Below are positions 33,301 through 43,675 of a stretch of 64,000 nucleotides of DNA, in pieces. The translations under genes were made by a program, and so were the position numbers. The stretch comes from an uncultured Methanosarcinaceae archaeon (GTDB taxonomy: Archaea > Halobacteriota > Methanosarcinia > Methanosarcinales > Methanosarcinaceae), in the NCBI GenBank assembly GCA_963727895.1, contig CAVSHT010000008.1:192001-256000 (forward strand), written 5' to 3'. Under the pieces are notes generated by a model. It saw only the letters and a list, made by a program, of their open reading frames with translations. It made no database searches and was not told the DNA's origin. The stretch's first letter is position 1, and each line of letters starts with the position of its first letter.

Positions 33301-33661
33301 TACTTTGTCCCAATTCAGCCAGAGAACATCCTTTTCCATACCAGGCTAATGAAGAATTAGAATCAAGCTTAAGAGCATCATTATAACAACTTATAGAAAG
33401 CTTATATTTTTTAAAAGAATATAATGCACGCCCCTTATCAATAAAATCTTCTACGGAAGTTGGATTCTGTGCCATTACTTCATCAAGATTAAGAACGCCT
33501 TTAGTATTTTCGTAAACTCCAGCGTTGTCAATGGTTTCTACAGTCTGTTCCTGACCTGTAATAGCTTTTGCTACAGGTAAAAAGCTTGAAGAAAAATATG
33601 TCAATGAAATAAGTATAATAAATAAATAAATAATCAAACTATTTATCTTAATTGAGCTCAT
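30314..33661 (-). CDS. Large exported/membrane-anchored TPR protein (1115 aa)
   Basis: N-terminal hydrophobic signal; many AWYNKG…LGxYEEAIxCYDKAL repeats. Confidence 0.93.
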   Translation of the reverse strand: MSSIKINSLIIYLFIILISLTYFSSSFLPVAKAITGQEQTVETIDNAGVYENTKGVLNLDEVMAQNPTSVEDFIDKGRALYSFKKYKLSISCYNDALKLDSNSSLAWYGKGCSLAELGQSKEAIKCYDKALLIFPISSENWSNKGSELLDVKNYIEDINCYDKSFAADTYLSTVWYQKALASEHLGLDQEALSYYEKSIEVGSNSSRSLHMKGMAYLGLQQYQEAMKCFDKALNITPDNPELWYQKGLLFDRSNDSEEAVNCYNKAISFNPDMISAWNKKGINLEKRGSYEEALKCYDFVLLSETENLDALQGKGLCLEKLGSYDEALKCYDEVLVFDPDNSEAWYNKGSLLNNTGQYDAAITCYDKALNLDSGIQVEEIGSELPEQLTVYESEIPCYPENPEFKSSIVQIWYDKALSFDNLEKYESAIKCYDKVLEADSGHAVVWYAKGLDLDRLGRYEEAIECYDKALKLDSRYAKVWYKKSADSSKIKDYKSAVKSYDEALDIDKNYTLAWYGKAFALAKLGDYENSLKCYNKVLSVVPNSADVWYNKGLILDELGKHDDASICYNQTLLLNPEYSAASIKLNKSMEKNSTEKSASDSVMNNSIDTNPARALSGGFWPYLLNAKYANSDKGSDTSKNLNLFSPELSSDAAWYGKALIYNKLKMYEDALSCYDKVLTINSSSAKAWYEKGSVLERLNRSEEALECYKNALDLDPRSSTTLYGIASTIGDLGKLEEAVSYYNKALAINASDSEALLGKGLALSNMSRYEEAISCYNTLLNIEPENLEALKSRALALSKSNRSNDALADYDRILKIQPGNSEILYQKASLFEGLSRYKEASACYEIMLKISPGNREILYRQGKAFEKGGDLEGSIRCYDKIIELDPRNVDAYNNKGFTLYKLKRYQQAIDCYNKALEYNPDNVTTLYFQGCTYLAISSNKAALNCFNKTVQIKPNCITAWYNKGYILNMMGDTEEAISCYDKALEIDPNSSSILYNKRFALYSIKKVDEAAVCKAKLDEIDPGFEDALQKRGTRFFLPETYDSTLNYSLPSRWYKGGENVSINVSTNKTEATFSGVFQKLDNNTENNSINYTLQPNKDQRNQDPDYWSVSEPGEE

Positions 33662-34048
33662 TAAATACCCCGGTTTATTCTAATGAGTTCTGATGGAAGC
33701 GCTTCATAAAGACCTCCTACCATATTCACCATATCCCTATCTACGCTGTTTCATAACTAAGTAAGCAAGACAACAATAAAATAACAAAGGTAAATACCTA
33801 AATTCTTTTTGTTTAAGATTCGAATTATGTACAAAGTTTAAAGGATAATTTCAACATTTACATCTAATTTAAAAGGTAATCACATATAAAATTTATGCAG
33901 TTTAAAAAGAATTTTTTGGATTTTTATTTTATTCAATACAAAAATAATTATTGTTATACAAAAGTAAAGATTAAGAAAATAACACTTGAAAGGAAATAGA
34001 GTTATTAATATAAATACAGCCTCAAAGTCTCGGTATATACAAAAATAG

Positions 34049-34782
34049 GGTATTGTTAACTAACTATAGTTAACTCTTTATTTCTTTATTTCATTAATAG
34101 AATAACCGAGTACTTAGCATTTCAAGACTCTTCGTATAACACTTTGTCTTTCTTCTCAACCTTGCCAGAAAGTGCCTCAATATGCTGTTATATCCTTCAA
34201 CAGTATACGTTTCTGCTTTTGATTGAGTATAGATCTTTTCTGGAAGAAACTCTGCATATGCTCTCCAGTGATCTGTCATCACTTCTCCAATCTCTTTTTT
34301 CTTCAATTTTTCCCAGAGTAGTTTTCCAGTTTCTGTTCCTCTGTTACCAAAAGAGCAGTTGATGAACTTTTTCCCAGCTATATCAACAGCAATCCAGATC
34401 CAGCAATATTTTTTTGTTACCGATTGTGCATCTCATCCATTTCAACAATAGATATCTCACTTTCACTTTTTAGGTTCTCTCACTCTTGACCAAATTTCTT
34501 TATCCATTTTTGGACAGAAACATGACTTACCCCTAAAAATCGTCCTATTGAGCGAAAGCCCAATCCTTCAAGATAGAGTTGTAAAGCCTGTCTTTTTACA
34601 GAGACGGAAAAAGCAGTTGATTTTAGCTCTACTATATAGTTATAGCCACAATCAGAGCATTTGTACCGTTGACGCCCGCCAACTATACCATTCTTTTTGT
34701 AATTAGAACTATTGCATCTGGGGGCAGTTCATGAAGAAATATATGTTATAAGCATATATATCTATTTTTAATTACCAATGCC
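34049..34782 (-). mobile_element. IS1-family element, copy 4, degenerate (A7 tract, several indels)
   Basis: IRs GGTATTGTTAAC / ATTACCAATGCC; only the InsB fragment 34094-34306 is open. Confidence 0.9.
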
Positions 34783-35308
34783 TGATCTTTTATTATTACT
34801 TTTAATCATAATTGCTATATTTTTCACATAAGCGTGAGTTACTTTTTTTACATAAGATTAAGCATTAACAAGCTTAACTTTGTTTTATTATTCGTCTCTC
34901 TAATTCAGCAGGTTTGGATATCAGCTAACATGTTTATATTTTGTATTGGTTCAATTAAAACCACCATATTTATATCTGAATTCTACGTTATCATCGCTAT
35001 TCTGGCAATTGATATAATATATTATTCAGAATATAAAATATTACTTAGAAATAACGCGAATTTTATGCAGGTACGTAGATTCTTGCATGTTTTTCATGGA
35101 AAGATTGACTACGACATCAATTGTAGATGGTTTACAAAAGAACTTGCCCTAATTATGTGCGCACGTATTTACAGTTAAATCATACTTTAATGGTACGCTA
35201 TGTAAATTTACACAGTTAGTATAATTAGTTAAAACAAGTTTGATTAGCAAAAAATAAAATACAGTTACGAAATTTCGTTGCTTTTCTTTAATTGACGGAG
35301 GGATTGGA

Positions 35309-36718
35309 ATAAGTAAAGTAACTACAATCTTATTAATATTTTTTACTTTAATACTATTTTCCGGTATCGGGGATGCGACTAATATTTCAGTCAAGCCGGG
35401 AGAATCCATACAGGCTGCTATAAACAATGCAGTTTCAGGCGATGTAATTACCGTAATGCCGGGAACATATACAGAGAACATCGATGTAACAATACATAAT
35501 ATAATAATAAAATCAGAGTCAGGAAACCCTACAGATACAATAATAACTTCTAAAGACCCAAATGTAGATGTTTTCAGTGTAGAATCAAATAGAGTTACAA
35601 TTAGTGGATTTAAAATACTGGAAGCAAAAAAAGGTCATTCAGGGATCTATATGTACCAGTGCAAAAACTGCACTATCGAAAATAATAGATTGCTGAATAA
35701 TACTTATGGAATATATCTGAAAAATTCAGATTACAATATGATCCTTAACAACTTGATTGGAAAAGGCGATAAGGGAATTGTTTCTGAGCAGTCTACATAT
35801 AACACGATCTCCGGAAACAGAGCTTCAAAAAACAGGTATGGACTCGAAGATTCTAATTCTGAAGGAAATCTAATATCAAATAATACGCTTTCGGAAAACA
35901 ACGAATACGGAATCTCACTTTCAACTGACGTAGATACCACTCTCTCAGGAAATAATGCTTCTAGTAATGGTAGGGGCATCCATCTGGGCAATTCAGATAG
36001 TAACAAGATCTTAGACAATACTATTGTTTCAAATAAGGTTTATGGGCTTTTTATCTGTCCAAAAAGTGACAAGAATAGTGTTCTTAATAATTACTTCAAT
36101 AACAATGTTAATGCTATACCTAACAACGGAACCGGTAATATCTATAATATAGAAAAAATCGCAGACATAAACATTGTCGGTGGGCCTTACCTTGCAGGAA
36201 ATTACTGGGCAAGTCCTAAAGGTACTGGATTTTCCCAAACCGCAAATGATACAGATGGAGACGGCATTGCTGACGATGTATATAGGATTAACAGCGAATA
36301 CGTTGATCGGCTTCCTCTTGTAGTCGCTAAGGTTAAGGATCCAATCCTTCCTGTTGCAAACTTCAGTACTAATACAACTAGTGGTCATCCTCCTCTTTCA
36401 GTCCAGTTTACCGATCTTTCTGAAAATGAAATCAATCGGAGCTGGGATTTTGAATACGATGGGGAGATTGATTCTACAGATAAAAATCCGGTTCATACTT
36501 ACATGACTCCCGGAATTTATAATGTTACTCTTGCTGCAGGTAACGAAAATGGGACTGCTTCTAAAAATCTAACAATAACTGTGATTGAAGGAGATGAGAC
36601 TGGGGATTCTGGGCAGAATATGATCACGATGCAGAATATGATAAAGAGTTTACCAGGTTTTGAATTGATTTATGGGATATTTGGTTTGTTTGCAGTCTAC
36701 CTTTATAGGAAAAGATAA
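35309..36718 (+). CDS. Cell-surface protein: signal peptide, NosD/parallel beta-helix, PKD domain, PGF-CTERM anchor
   Basis: Frame open from ATA 35309 (SKVTTILLIFFTLILFSGIGDA…SIQAAINNA); NNTYGIYL repeats, GGPYLAGNYW, PLSVQFTDLS…WDF, LPGFELIYGIFGLFAVYLYRKR. Confidence 0.9.
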   Translation: MSKVTTILLIFFTLILFSGIGDATNISVKPGESIQAAINNAVSGDVITVMPGTYTENIDVTIHNIIIKSESGNPTDTIITSKDPNVDVFSVESNRVTISGFKILEAKKGHSGIYMYQCKNCTIENNRLLNNTYGIYLKNSDYNMILNNLIGKGDKGIVSEQSTYNTISGNRASKNRYGLEDSNSEGNLISNNTLSENNEYGISLSTDVDTTLSGNNASSNGRGIHLGNSDSNKILDNTIVSNKVYGLFICPKSDKNSVLNNYFNNNVNAIPNNGTGNIYNIEKIADINIVGGPYLAGNYWASPKGTGFSQTANDTDGDGIADDVYRINSEYVDRLPLVVAKVKDPILPVANFSTNTTSGHPPLSVQFTDLSENEINRSWDFEYDGEIDSTDKNPVHTYMTPGIYNVTLAAGNENGTASKNLTITVIEGDETGDSGQNMITMQNMIKSLPGFELIYGIFGLFAVYLYRKR

Positions 36719-37015
36719 AACAATTTGAAAAATGAGTTTTATTAGAACTAAGTATTTCATAAAAAATTGGAAAATGTACTTAAAACAATCCCCCTAATTA
36801 GAGAACGGTCAAAAAATAAGCAAAGTTAAGGAAGAATGAATTGATTAGAAATGGGAGTGGCGGGTTAATGGGGTCATGGAAGAGCTTTGAGATATATGCA
36901 GAAGAATATGACTCATGTACGAGAAATATAAACCTGCATATATATTGAAAAATCTTGATTCCTGAAAAGTAGCACAAACAGGATGGTTTTCAGTGCTTTC
37001 TGCTAGAGAACATCT

Positions 37016-37336
37016 TTAAAATCCAGAAAATAAGGATTTATTGATATTTTCTGGCTCGAATTTTCTTGAGTTTTTTTTTCCGGCATCTACAATTAGCATC
37101 AGTTTGGAATAGGCATTTTCTGAGAGTTCATTATCCTGAGTGAGTGAAAAAAGCTTTTTTCCATCAGAATACAGAAAAACACCATTCCAGGCTGCAAAAT
37201 GAGAACCTGCAAGGTATTCACAGGGCAATTCCCACCTTGAGTCCACATTTTCAAAACCTTCAAAGCGGTAAAAAATATTCCCATTTTTCAGAATCTTTGT
37301 AAATTTTAAAAGTACATCAGCCATGATTTCGTCCAA
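37016..37336 (-). CDS. Hypothetical protein
   Basis: 106-aa ORF co-directional with the fwd cluster; no motif recognised. Confidence 0.55.
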   Translation of the reverse strand: MDEIMADVLLKFTKILKNGNIFYRFEGFENVDSRWELPCEYLAGSHFAAWNGVFLYSDGKKLFSLTQDNELSENAYSKLMLIVDAGKKNSRKFEPENINKSLFSGF

Positions 37337-37441
37337 TCTACAGTTAAAAAGTCGTGAAAATGGAAAATAAAAATATTTTCCGTTTTTTAGGAAACATCTA
37401 ATACGACTAGGAATTTGTTAACTTTAATGGGAAAGCATTTA

Positions 37442-37837
37442 TTACATAATTTCAGTAACTTTTTCCCCTTTTGCACTTGTAACAGTTATGGAAATATCTT
37501 TGAATTTAGGTACCCCTGTACCTCCAGTTTCGTCGGAAACCAGAATATTAGACCAGGGACTTTTGGGCATATAAGCGATACCTCTATGAGGAATATCATA
37601 TTCAGATTCCTCAGCCTTTACCACGACTTTTCCAAAGGAATTTTTTAAAATTACAGTATCGCCTTTTTTCACGTTCAACTGTTTGAGATCTGCAGAGTCC
37701 AGCTTTATGACTGCAGATAAATCTTTATATTTTTCTCCAAAGCGGTTTTCCAGCATAGCTTTATCCTGAAAGATATTCCTGTAAGTTATGACCTTGACTT
37801 TTATTTCAGGAGATGTAAGAAAAGATCCGAAATCCAT
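37442..37837 (-). CDS. fwdD: Formylmethanofuran dehydrogenase subunit D-like (molybdopterin dinucleotide-binding domain)
   Basis: DLKQLNVKKGDTV…GIAYMPKSPWSN…TGGTGVPKFK; start overlaps the subunit B stop. Confidence 0.85.
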   Translation of the reverse strand: MDFGSFLTSPEIKVKVITYRNIFQDKAMLENRFGEKYKDLSAVIKLDSADLKQLNVKKGDTVILKNSFGKVVVKAEESEYDIPHRGIAYMPKSPWSNILVSDETGGTGVPKFKDISITVTSAKGEKVTEIM

Positions 37838-39085
37838 CAGAGGACCTCCATTATTTTCTTAAGAACTTCTTCCTCAGACGGGTAATTTGTCTCAATAACA
37901 GACTCAAAATTCACTTTAACCCCGTCCATGCGTATGGCACTTCCCCCTGAATCTACTCCACTTATTGCGCTATTGATGTAAATTTTTGCATGCTTTGATG
38001 TCATAGTTTCACAATGATCCACAGAGATAACAGGAATCTCCAGCATGTTCTTTGCAATAGATCCTGGAAGGATTAAAAGAGGATCAGAACCGATTATAAG
38101 AGCTGCATCCACCGTTTTTGCTTTAAGAGATTCAACAATTGAGTATTCGGGTCCATGCTTTACAGTTCCGTTTTCGAACTTTATGCTGTTTACATATCCT
38201 GTTTCTGCAAAAAGGTTTTTATTAAAGCCCAATGTATTACAATTTCTTATCATTGGTATTAAGTGGAAATTTGCTTTTTCATTCAGGATTTTCATAAGCT
38301 TGAAAAGGGGTTCAAGGTCTTCAAGCGAGTAAATAAGCCCGCTTCCTGCAAAAATCACTCCGAACTTTGCCCCTTTGATAATGTTTGCCAGCTCAAGGAG
38401 TTTCTTAAGAGGGTAATTATAGGAGGTTTTTGGAAGCTTTCCTGAAATCCCTGCAATCAGGGCATCTATAAATTCTGCATCTCCTTTTGGAGGAATCTGG
38501 AAGAAATAGTTCCCGCAGATCTTTGCAGTATGAGACTTTCGGACATCGATTGCAATTGCTGTCCTTTCTTCTTCCCAGCCTCTCTGCTTTTCGCTTCCTC
38601 GTGGGAAATAAGAATACTTTGAAAGCTGGCGAGGATGAGAGTCCGATGGATCTGTCCCCCAATATATGATAACATCAGCTTTATTTCTTACATCGTCAAG
38701 AGTGCAGGTTTTAAGTTTATCCTGAATGAGAGCTTCAACCAAAGAGCCCAGACAGAAAGAGGAGGTATCGTCTAGAGTAGCGTTGATTTTCTTTGCAAGC
38801 TCAATTGCTATTTTTTGGGTTTCATTGGTAGAAGTTCCAAGCCCGAAGATCAGAGGATTTTTGGCGTTTTTAAGGATTGATGCAGCCTCATTGATTGCAG
38901 TTGCCTCATCTACAGGATTATTATCAACCCGGAAGTTTACTTCGCCCTTTCTTGTCCTCTTTCATATGGGCTACCCCTACTCTGCAGGCTGTATAAACTT
39001 TATTTACTACGTTCTTTTCGGACTCAACCTCAATATCGTCACAAAGGAGTCCGCAGCCTGTACATACATGATAGTTGTTCTCCAT
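37837..39085 (-). pseudogene. fwdB: Formylmethanofuran dehydrogenase subunit B, one frameshift near 38947
   Basis: MENNYHVCTGCGLLCDDI N-terminus at 39085, shifts into …DDTSSFCLG…CTLDDVRNKADVIIYWGTDPSDSHPR…AIRMDGV. Confidence 0.85.
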
Positions 39086-39095
39086 ATCCGCTTCC

Positions 39096-39560
39096 TCACA
39101 CAAACTCGATTGCCTCTACAGGGCAGGTTACTATACAGCCATTACAGAGAATTTTGTTTTTTCCGAAACGACGACATTCCCCTAAGTTCTGAGCTTTTAC
39201 AATGCCGTCTTCTACGGTCAGGACCAGCTTATTAACATTCTTGGGGGCATTTCCCGAGCCTACTCCATGGGGATCATTTGCTACATTAGGAGGACAGGCA
39301 ACCACACAGTTTCCGCAGCCAAAACACAGATCTTCATGCACTATAAGCCCTGTTTCGGTTGCGCCTTCAGACGGTTTGAAAAGTTCGTTTATCTTTTCAT
39401 AATTTTCTTTATACTTTGATTCTTCCTTGAGGGGTGGACAGTCTTCGGGTATGAGCTCGTGGGCCATGAGCGCTACTGCAAACGCCATACAGGAAGTTTT
39501 TCCGCATTTTTTGCAGTTCGTCTTTGGAAGCATCTGATAGAGTTCCATTGCATTTGTCAT
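39096..39560 (-). CDS. fwdG: Fe-S protein, FwdG-like (FeS domain + 4Fe-4S dicluster)
   Basis: LPKTNCKKCGKTSCMAFA, CFGCGNCVVACP, CNGCIVTCP; directly upstream of subunit B. Confidence 0.75.
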   Translation of the reverse strand: MTNAMELYQMLPKTNCKKCGKTSCMAFAVALMAHELIPEDCPPLKEESKYKENYEKINELFKPSEGATETGLIVHEDLCFGCGNCVVACPPNVANDPHGVGSGNAPKNVNKLVLTVEDGIVKAQNLGECRRFGKNKILCNGCIVTCPVEAIEFV

Positions 39561-39933
39561 TATAGATCACCCTTGAGTCAAATTTTTAAGTCAGTTTTCA
39601 TTAAAGAGTATGCAGGTCAAATATATTATTAAAAAGCAAAATTAAGCGTACCACTGAAAACGATACCAAATAACTTTTAATCAAATATATTTAAGTAATC
39701 GTCCTTAAACTCTCGCTTTTTAGTTTTCAGTGTTATTTTCAGGTTGCAGTGGTAAATGTCTTGCAAGTCTTTTTGATAAGGCTAGTATTAAGATTTTGTT
39801 ACCGGTAAGCACGAAGCTCTTGTTTTTGCAGCTTACAATACTGAAAAGTCTTGCAAATCAATTACCTGTCTATTAATTTTCTGGATATCAGAAACAAACT
39901 AATTAAATCTCTTTAAAGGAAAAACGGATAAAA

Positions 39934-40224
39934 TTAATTCAATTCTTTATCTTTGAAGAAAAGTTCGCAGTGGCAGTTTCCGTCTCTTTCAACTTCTTCT
40001 TTATGGTAAATGCAGGGACATACGATCTTCCTATCTTCCTTTTCGTCTCCAGTGACTATTCTGCAGGGACAATATCGCTTTCCAAATTTCTCAAGCTTAA
40101 CTGTAAGTCCATCAAGCACATAGTCAAGAGCTTCTTTATCTGGGTTAAGCCTGTAACCTGCTTTGTCTGCATATTTCTGAGTCCACTCATACATTTTTTG
40201 TTTTAATTCGTTATGATCAGCCAT
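39934..40224 (-). CDS. Ferredoxin:thioredoxin reductase catalytic-subunit family protein
   Basis: CPC…CPC…CHC signature. Confidence 0.93.
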   Translation of the reverse strand: MADHNELKQKMYEWTQKYADKAGYRLNPDKEALDYVLDGLTVKLEKFGKRYCPCRIVTGDEKEDRKIVCPCIYHKEEVERDGNCHCELFFKDKELN

Positions 40225-41296
40225 ATAAAGAACTCCTTCACTTTAAATTGAAGAAATCCTGAACCTGGATGAGAAGAAACATGTGGATCCTATGTGAATC
40301 CTATGTGCATCTACATGAGCCATTTATGGAACAGGATATTAAGTATACTAGAATCAGGTATACTGAAGATTTATAATTTGTATGAAGCACTTATGGGGAA
40401 TAACCTGAGTATTTGGCATAAACTTCATTTAGAACATTATTAACTTTTAATTTTGTTAAGTTATTTATAGAAACAACTTGTCCTGCAAGAATTTAGTGAT
40501 TCAGCACAGTATTACTAATATGTATAACTAATATTTCTTACTCATGTCCATATGATCAATTAATCTTGTTCACACTAATACACTCAATTTTATCCCACCA
40601 GTGCCTATATTTTTTATTACGATTTCTCTTAAATTCTTCGTTTGAAATTGGTTTCTTAATTACGAACTAAGGTCTCAAACTATAAATCAATTAGTTAAGC
40701 GTAGATAATAAGACCTGCTTCAATAATAAGACATAATTAATGATGTTAAGTTTTTATTCATTAGGTTTCAGTCAAATTGTGTATACGGCAAAGTGAGTCA
40801 ATATCCTGAGGTTAAACTATAAAGTTAAATTTCGATTAATTCTTTGACTTGGAACGATACGAAAGTTTATATTTATAAATATAAATTGTAATATATAAAT
40901 AAACTGTTAAGCATTGGCAAGTAATTAAACTGTGGAATTTTAGTCCTTAGTCCAATTTCGACAAATTTGGAAAATCCTTATGAAATAAAGGTTTTGATTT
41001 TGTACAAAACAACTATGTTTTTATTTAGTTCAAAAGAAAAAGTATAGGGATATGTAAAGGTAATAGGTTAATAAATTCGTCATAAAACGGTTTCAGTTTA
41101 AAAAAGTCTTTGTTGATCAGCTCTACCAACCTGACTTTTCTATATGACAAAGTTCTCTTAGTATATACAGTTCTGAGTGATATGTTTCAGGAGTTCATTG
41201 AACTTATAACTTTCAAGTTATATATTATATGTTAAAACTGAATCACGATCTAAGTTAATATTCAACACTAAAAACACATATATGGAGTTATCAATT

Positions 41297-43675
41297 ATGC
41301 GAATCGGAGTCTATGTTTGCCACTGTGGGCTGAATATCGCGGGAGTAATAGATGTATCAGCTCTTCAGGAAATGGCATCTAAACTGGAAGATGTGGTGCT
41401 CGCCCGGGAAGTACAGTTTTTATGTTCCGATTCCGGACAGGAAGGCATCATTAAAGATATAAAAGAAAACAAAATCGATAGGGTCGTAATAGCTGCATGT
41501 TCCCCAAGGCTGCACGAAAAAACCTTCAGACACGTGATGGAAAAAGCCGGATTGAACCCTTACTTAATGGAAATGGTAAACATAAGAGAACAGTGCTCCT
41601 GGGTGCACGCCGATGACCCCCAGATGGCTACTCAGAAAGCCTTTGATCTCATAAGGATGGGAGTTGCAAAGGCAAAATTCCTCAGAGAACTGAGTGCAAC
41701 AAGTTCCAAAGCCAGCAGAAATGTCCTTGTCATAGGAGGAGGAGTTGCCGGAATTGAAGCAGCCTTGAATCTTGCAGAAGCCGGTTTTCCAGTCACAATG
41801 GTGGAAAGGGAATCCACAATTGGAGGAAAAATGGCTCTGATGAATGAGGTATTTCCTACAAATGATTGCTCAATCTGTGTGCTTGCCCCTAAAATGACAG
41901 AAGTTCAAAACCATCCGAATATTACCCTCTACACTTATTCTGAGGTTACCGATATTTCCGGGTCTGTCGGTAAATTCCATGTAACAGTCAAACGTAAACC
42001 CAGGTTCATAATTGAAGACAAATGCAAAGGCTGTGTTGACCTTTGCTCTGCAGTCTGTCCCGTAGAAATCGAGAATCCTATGAATTACGGGGTTGGAAAG
42101 ACCAGAGCCATATATATGCCAATCCCTCAGTCCGTTCCGCAGGTAGTGCTCATAGACCCTGATCACTGTGTCGGCTGCGGGCTGTGTTTACAGGCTTGCC
42201 CTGCCGATGCTGTGGATTACGAGCAAAAACCTGAAGAAATTGAATTTGAAGCTGGAGCAGTTATTGTTTCAACAGGTTACCAGCTCTTTGATGCATCCAG
42301 GAAAAAGGAGTACGGGTTTGGTAAATATCCTGATGTTATAACAAATATGCAGCTTGAGCGCATGCTTAACTCTGCAGGGCCTACAGGCGGAAGAGTCCTT
42401 GTGCCTTCCACAGGCAAACCCCCAAAAAGTGTTGCATTTATCCAGTGTGTCGGGTCAAGGGATAAAACCGTTGGCAATGAATACTGCTCAAGAGTTTGCT
42501 GCATGGCTGCACTTAAGAATTCCCAGATGGTTAAGGAACGCTATCCTGATACTGAGATCACAATTCATTACATCGATATCCGGGCCGCAGGGGAGATGTA
42601 CGAGGAATATTATATAAGGACACAGGCTATGGGTGTTGATTTCATACGGGGAAAAGTTGCCGAAATTTACGCAGGTGAAGACGGAAGACCTGTACTCCGT
42701 TATGAAAACACTCTGGAATCCCAGGTAGAAGAAGAGGCATGTGACCTTGCTGTGCTTTCAACCGGTTACGAGCCCAGTAAAGCAGCAGAAGGAATAGGCA
42801 GGATGTTAAATCTTGCCAGAAGACCGGACAGATTCTTTGCAAGTGCCCATCCAAAAATGCGCCCTGTAGATGCTCCGGTCAGCGGTGTTTTCCTTGCAGG
42901 ATGTGCTTCAGGACCTAAAGAGATTCAGGTCTCGATTGCCCAGGGAAGTGCGTGCGCATCCAAAGTTATGCAACTCCTCGGGACGGGAGAACTTGAAGCT
43001 GATCCGATGGGAGCCCATGTAGATCCAGAAAAATGCATAGGGTGCAGGACCTGTCTTGAAGTCTGTAAATTCGGGAAAATCAAAATGGAAAATAAAAAAG
43101 CTGTAGTCGACGAGGTTTCATGTTACGGCTGCGGAGATTGCAGTGCTGCATGCCCTGAAGGAGCAATCCAGATGCGAAACTTCGAAAACGAACAGCTTCT
43201 TGCCCAGGTAAGGGAAGCAACTGCTCACAAGTCACAGAGTCCTTTCGTAGTGGCTTTCCTCTGCAACTGGTGCAGTTATGCCTGCGCAGATCTGACCGGG
43301 ATGTCAAGACTACATTACCCAACAAACATCAGGGTTATCCGTACAATGTGCTCGGCAAGAGTAAATCCGGAATTTGTGCTTGAAGCCTTAAAAGGCGGAG
43401 CTGATGGAGTTCTTGTTGCTGGCTGCAGGATGGACGAGTGCCACTACATTCACGGGAATTTTGATGCAAAACAGAGGATGGATGTCTTAAAGGAAATTAT
43501 AAAGGAAATCGGGCTTGATCCTAGACGGCTGAGGACTCTCTGGATCTCGGCTGCCGAAGGAGAACGTTTCTCAAACACGATTACCGAATTTGTAAAGGAA
43601 CTTGAAGAAATCGGACCCATAGGAACGGAGCTTAAGCTTGACGAAACCGGAACCGAACTTGAGGAGGTGGCATAA
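41297..43675 (+). CDS. hdrA: Heterodisulfide reductase subunit A fused to an MvhD domain (HdrA2 type)
   Basis: MRIGVYVCHCG, VIGGGVAG, FPTNDCSIC, CVGSRD…CSRVCC, C-terminal FLCNWCSY…CSARV…CHYIHGN. Confidence 0.96.
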   Translation: MRIGVYVCHCGLNIAGVIDVSALQEMASKLEDVVLAREVQFLCSDSGQEGIIKDIKENKIDRVVIAACSPRLHEKTFRHVMEKAGLNPYLMEMVNIREQCSWVHADDPQMATQKAFDLIRMGVAKAKFLRELSATSSKASRNVLVIGGGVAGIEAALNLAEAGFPVTMVERESTIGGKMALMNEVFPTNDCSICVLAPKMTEVQNHPNITLYTYSEVTDISGSVGKFHVTVKRKPRFIIEDKCKGCVDLCSAVCPVEIENPMNYGVGKTRAIYMPIPQSVPQVVLIDPDHCVGCGLCLQACPADAVDYEQKPEEIEFEAGAVIVSTGYQLFDASRKKEYGFGKYPDVITNMQLERMLNSAGPTGGRVLVPSTGKPPKSVAFIQCVGSRDKTVGNEYCSRVCCMAALKNSQMVKERYPDTEITIHYIDIRAAGEMYEEYYIRTQAMGVDFIRGKVAEIYAGEDGRPVLRYENTLESQVEEEACDLAVLSTGYEPSKAAEGIGRMLNLARRPDRFFASAHPKMRPVDAPVSGVFLAGCASGPKEIQVSIAQGSACASKVMQLLGTGELEADPMGAHVDPEKCIGCRTCLEVCKFGKIKMENKKAVVDEVSCYGCGDCSAACPEGAIQMRNFENEQLLAQVREATAHKSQSPFVVAFLCNWCSYACADLTGMSRLHYPTNIRVIRTMCSARVNPEFVLEALKGGADGVLVAGCRMDECHYIHGNFDAKQRMDVLKEIIKEIGLDPRRLRTLWISAAEGERFSNTITEFVKELEEIGPIGTELKLDETGTELEEVA

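Noticed and set aside
34834..35178. 114-aa ORF
   Set aside because: AT-rich intergenic composition, no SD or motif; lies in the upstream region of the surface-protein gene.
40330..41280. ~1-kb gene-free region upstream of hdrA as an ncRNA locus
   Set aside because: AT-rich with no convincing stems or repeats; long intergenic regions are ordinary in Methanosarcina.
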